DNA from: Klebsormidium nitens
Lineage: Eukaryota; Plantae; Klebsormidiophyceae
DNA length: 64,000 bases
Direction of reading: 5' to 3'
NCBI GenBank assembly: GCA_000708835.1
Contig: DF237355.1
Span: 13,055-77,054 of the forward strand
In this document: one piece after another, positions 62,092-64,000 of the stretch
Numbering within the stretch: position 1 is the stretch's first letter
Layout of the letters: each line of letters opens with the position of its first letter
Notes under the pieces: model-generated
Told to the model about the DNA's origin: nothing
The model's database searches: none
What the model saw: the letters and a program-made list of their open reading frames with translations, nothing else
Position numbers and translations under genes: made by a program

Positions 62092-62858
62092 ATCTTTGAA
62101 ACTATAGGGGTATTACAATTTCTGGAGGGATGACTGGGTTTTGGGGTGGCGACAATTTGGAATCCTTCGGGGGTTGATTGGGTTTGGGTGTGTGGCAAGA
62201 GTTGAGGGTTTTTGTTCGATCTAGAGGTTTATGTGTCCAAGCCACTGAGAGCTTCTGGAAGTTGACAGGCGGTGGGCTTAGATGAATTCTGGGGGATTGG
62301 CCAACCGAAGCTTCGGGGTATGCTGCTTTTGGGGGTGTCAGGGACTGTGGGGCCACAAGGTCCCAAGTATCAAGGTTCTCAAGGTCCACGCAATTGAGGA
62401 TCGCTCGGGGGTTTCTAAGTGGTGGGGCTTTGGGGGCTTTTGCGGGTGGGGCTAGCCTTAGAAGGTTTCAGGAAACGTGGGGTTCTCGATGGTAATCAGA
62501 ATGCAGCAGATTCAAGCAATTCTCTTTCTGAGGATTCCAGAGGTTTGGGGCCCTGTGGCGTGCTGTCGAGATGTCTCCAATTTGGTGCTTTGTATGGGGT
62601 ATCGAATGGTTGGGGGTTCTTGAAGCTTCCAGTTTTAGGAATCCGGAAGATGGAAGATGTGGAGAGTTGCCCCTTTTTGGAGCTTCTGAAGGGACGTGAT
62701 CAGCTGGGAGCTACTATTTCAGACCCACAGGCAAGCTAATCGAACTAATCAGAGTTTCACCCCTTAGCGCCGTTCTGCTCTTCCAACTTCTACTTTCATT
62801 TCTCCTTTGTTGTACTTTGGCAGCCAAGATCGTTAGCCGGACAGCCGATGAGGACTGT

Positions 62859-63704
62859 CTAGTTCATGGTGTCGTCTTTGGACCCTGATTCTTCTGCCGC
62901 TTTTCTCTGAGCCTCTTTCCTAGCGTCCATCGCTGCTATGTCGCGGTACAGAATCTCCCGCTGCCTGACCTGCAGAGGAGAAGAGCTGTTCTTGAGATAA
63001 GTCGCGAACCATTTTCGTTAGAAGTAATTCAGTGACAATTGCAAAGAGGAAGCAGATCACTTGGGTATTCTAACCAACCCATCAAAAAACCCGTCAAGGC
63101 GTCTGGACTTCCATTTGGTACAGAATGACACGCAATGCTTATCCTTGGAATTGGACCTTCGTGGGTCCAACCTGTGCGTTGCCAAGATCACATTCGATTA
63201 ATACAAGCATATAAGAGATTCACAAAAATCAGAAGAGGTCGCTCCCTAGGAACAGCAAACAAAATCACACAGACGAAATGAACAAAGTTGACAGAGGAGG
63301 CCTTGTTCCAGGATGTGGAGATGTACATAAGTATGCTGAGATGTAAGATGCATCAGCTAATGGGCGGCCAGCATAAGATTCCCAGCTGGAAAAGCAGATT
63401 GGAAGTCTCTTTCGCTCTCAATCATAACATCTCAGCTCAGAGCTCGAAAGCACGAACAATCATGCACAATAGCCAATCAAATTCCAAACAAAGAGTATAC
63501 TATGTTTGGCCCGAGCTAATCAAGGGCAACAACTTAAGCGCACGTTCTCTTGAAACTTTTTAACTTCAACAGATGGTGACAAATTGCACCAAAACGCACC
63601 CTGTACCACTGCTCCACATGATACGTGATCCAGAAGCCCACGCCTCCGCCAACGAGTGCGCCGATTGTGATGGCTACATTGTTGGATACCGATGGCCCAG
63701 TCAT
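62859..63704 (-). CDS. Small single-pass membrane protein (71 aa), function unknown; exons 63600-63704, 62859-62969
   Basis: MTGPSVSNNVAITIGALVGGGVGFWITYHVEQWYR|VRQREILYRDIAAMDARKEAQRKAAEESGSKDDTMN*. The donor is gtgcgt and the acceptor is polypyrimidine plus ctgcag, in phase 0. Confidence 0.7.
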
Positions 63705-64000
63705 TTCCTCAGGGAGATGATCAGCTTAGATGAAGCACTAGCCAAGGCTTCCATGTCATAAGAACAGCTCAAACGAATGCTAGGAAATCTTACTATCAGC
63801 ATTCATGAGGAATAGATTCAAGCAGTCCCCCAAAATGCGCCTAGCTCTGTGCAGCACGTCTAATGAATGGACTGTTTAACATATTATATTATGATTAAGG
63901 TGGAAGTATGGCAATCAACCGCCTGCAGAGCCTTGGGTCACGTTTTGGGTCACGAAATGGTCCAAACTCATCCAAATCGAGTCGAGTTTTTTGCATTGAG

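Noticed and set aside
62102-62739. ORFs upstream of BROX
   Set aside because: They are low-complexity and have no recognisable motifs, so this is likely UTR or promoter sequence.

Overview
Intron-rich eukaryotic genomic DNA with GT-AG introns and GC-rich exons. Gene content and style suggest a streptophyte green alga such as Klebsormidium; this is an inference. By manual splice-site reading I reconstruct ten genes: (1) 809-4424(+), a secreted protein made of the two-repeat domain shared with plant XLG G-proteins and EDR4-like proteins; (2) about 6364-11225(-), a NUMOD3-motif protein of the At1g53800 type with a GC-AG intron; (3) 15174-17615(+), a DUF3431-like type II membrane protein with one in-frame TAG; (4) 18835-23497(-), a MINDY deubiquitinase; (5) 24108-35239(+), a 13-exon cyclic-nucleotide-binding-domain K+ channel (TVGYGD filter); (6) 36619-43071(-) and (7) 46760-51469(+), two divergent secreted Pro/Thr-rich proteins that each end in three copies of the same unrecognised 6-Cys module; (8) 52850-55156(-), a SAM-dependent methyltransferase-like protein; (9) 56781-62091(-), a BROX-like BRO1-domain protein; (10) 62859-63704(-), a 71-aa single-TM protein missed by the ORF track. 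Also present are a Tourist/PIF-like MITE, a GTAC-dense 2 kb island between genes 6 and 7, and a 237-N assembly gap. Degenerate tandem 'echo' copies of exon-intron junctions recur in four genes, most strikingly six copies of the start of the K+ channel pore exon. No rRNA, tRNA or CRISPR array was seen.
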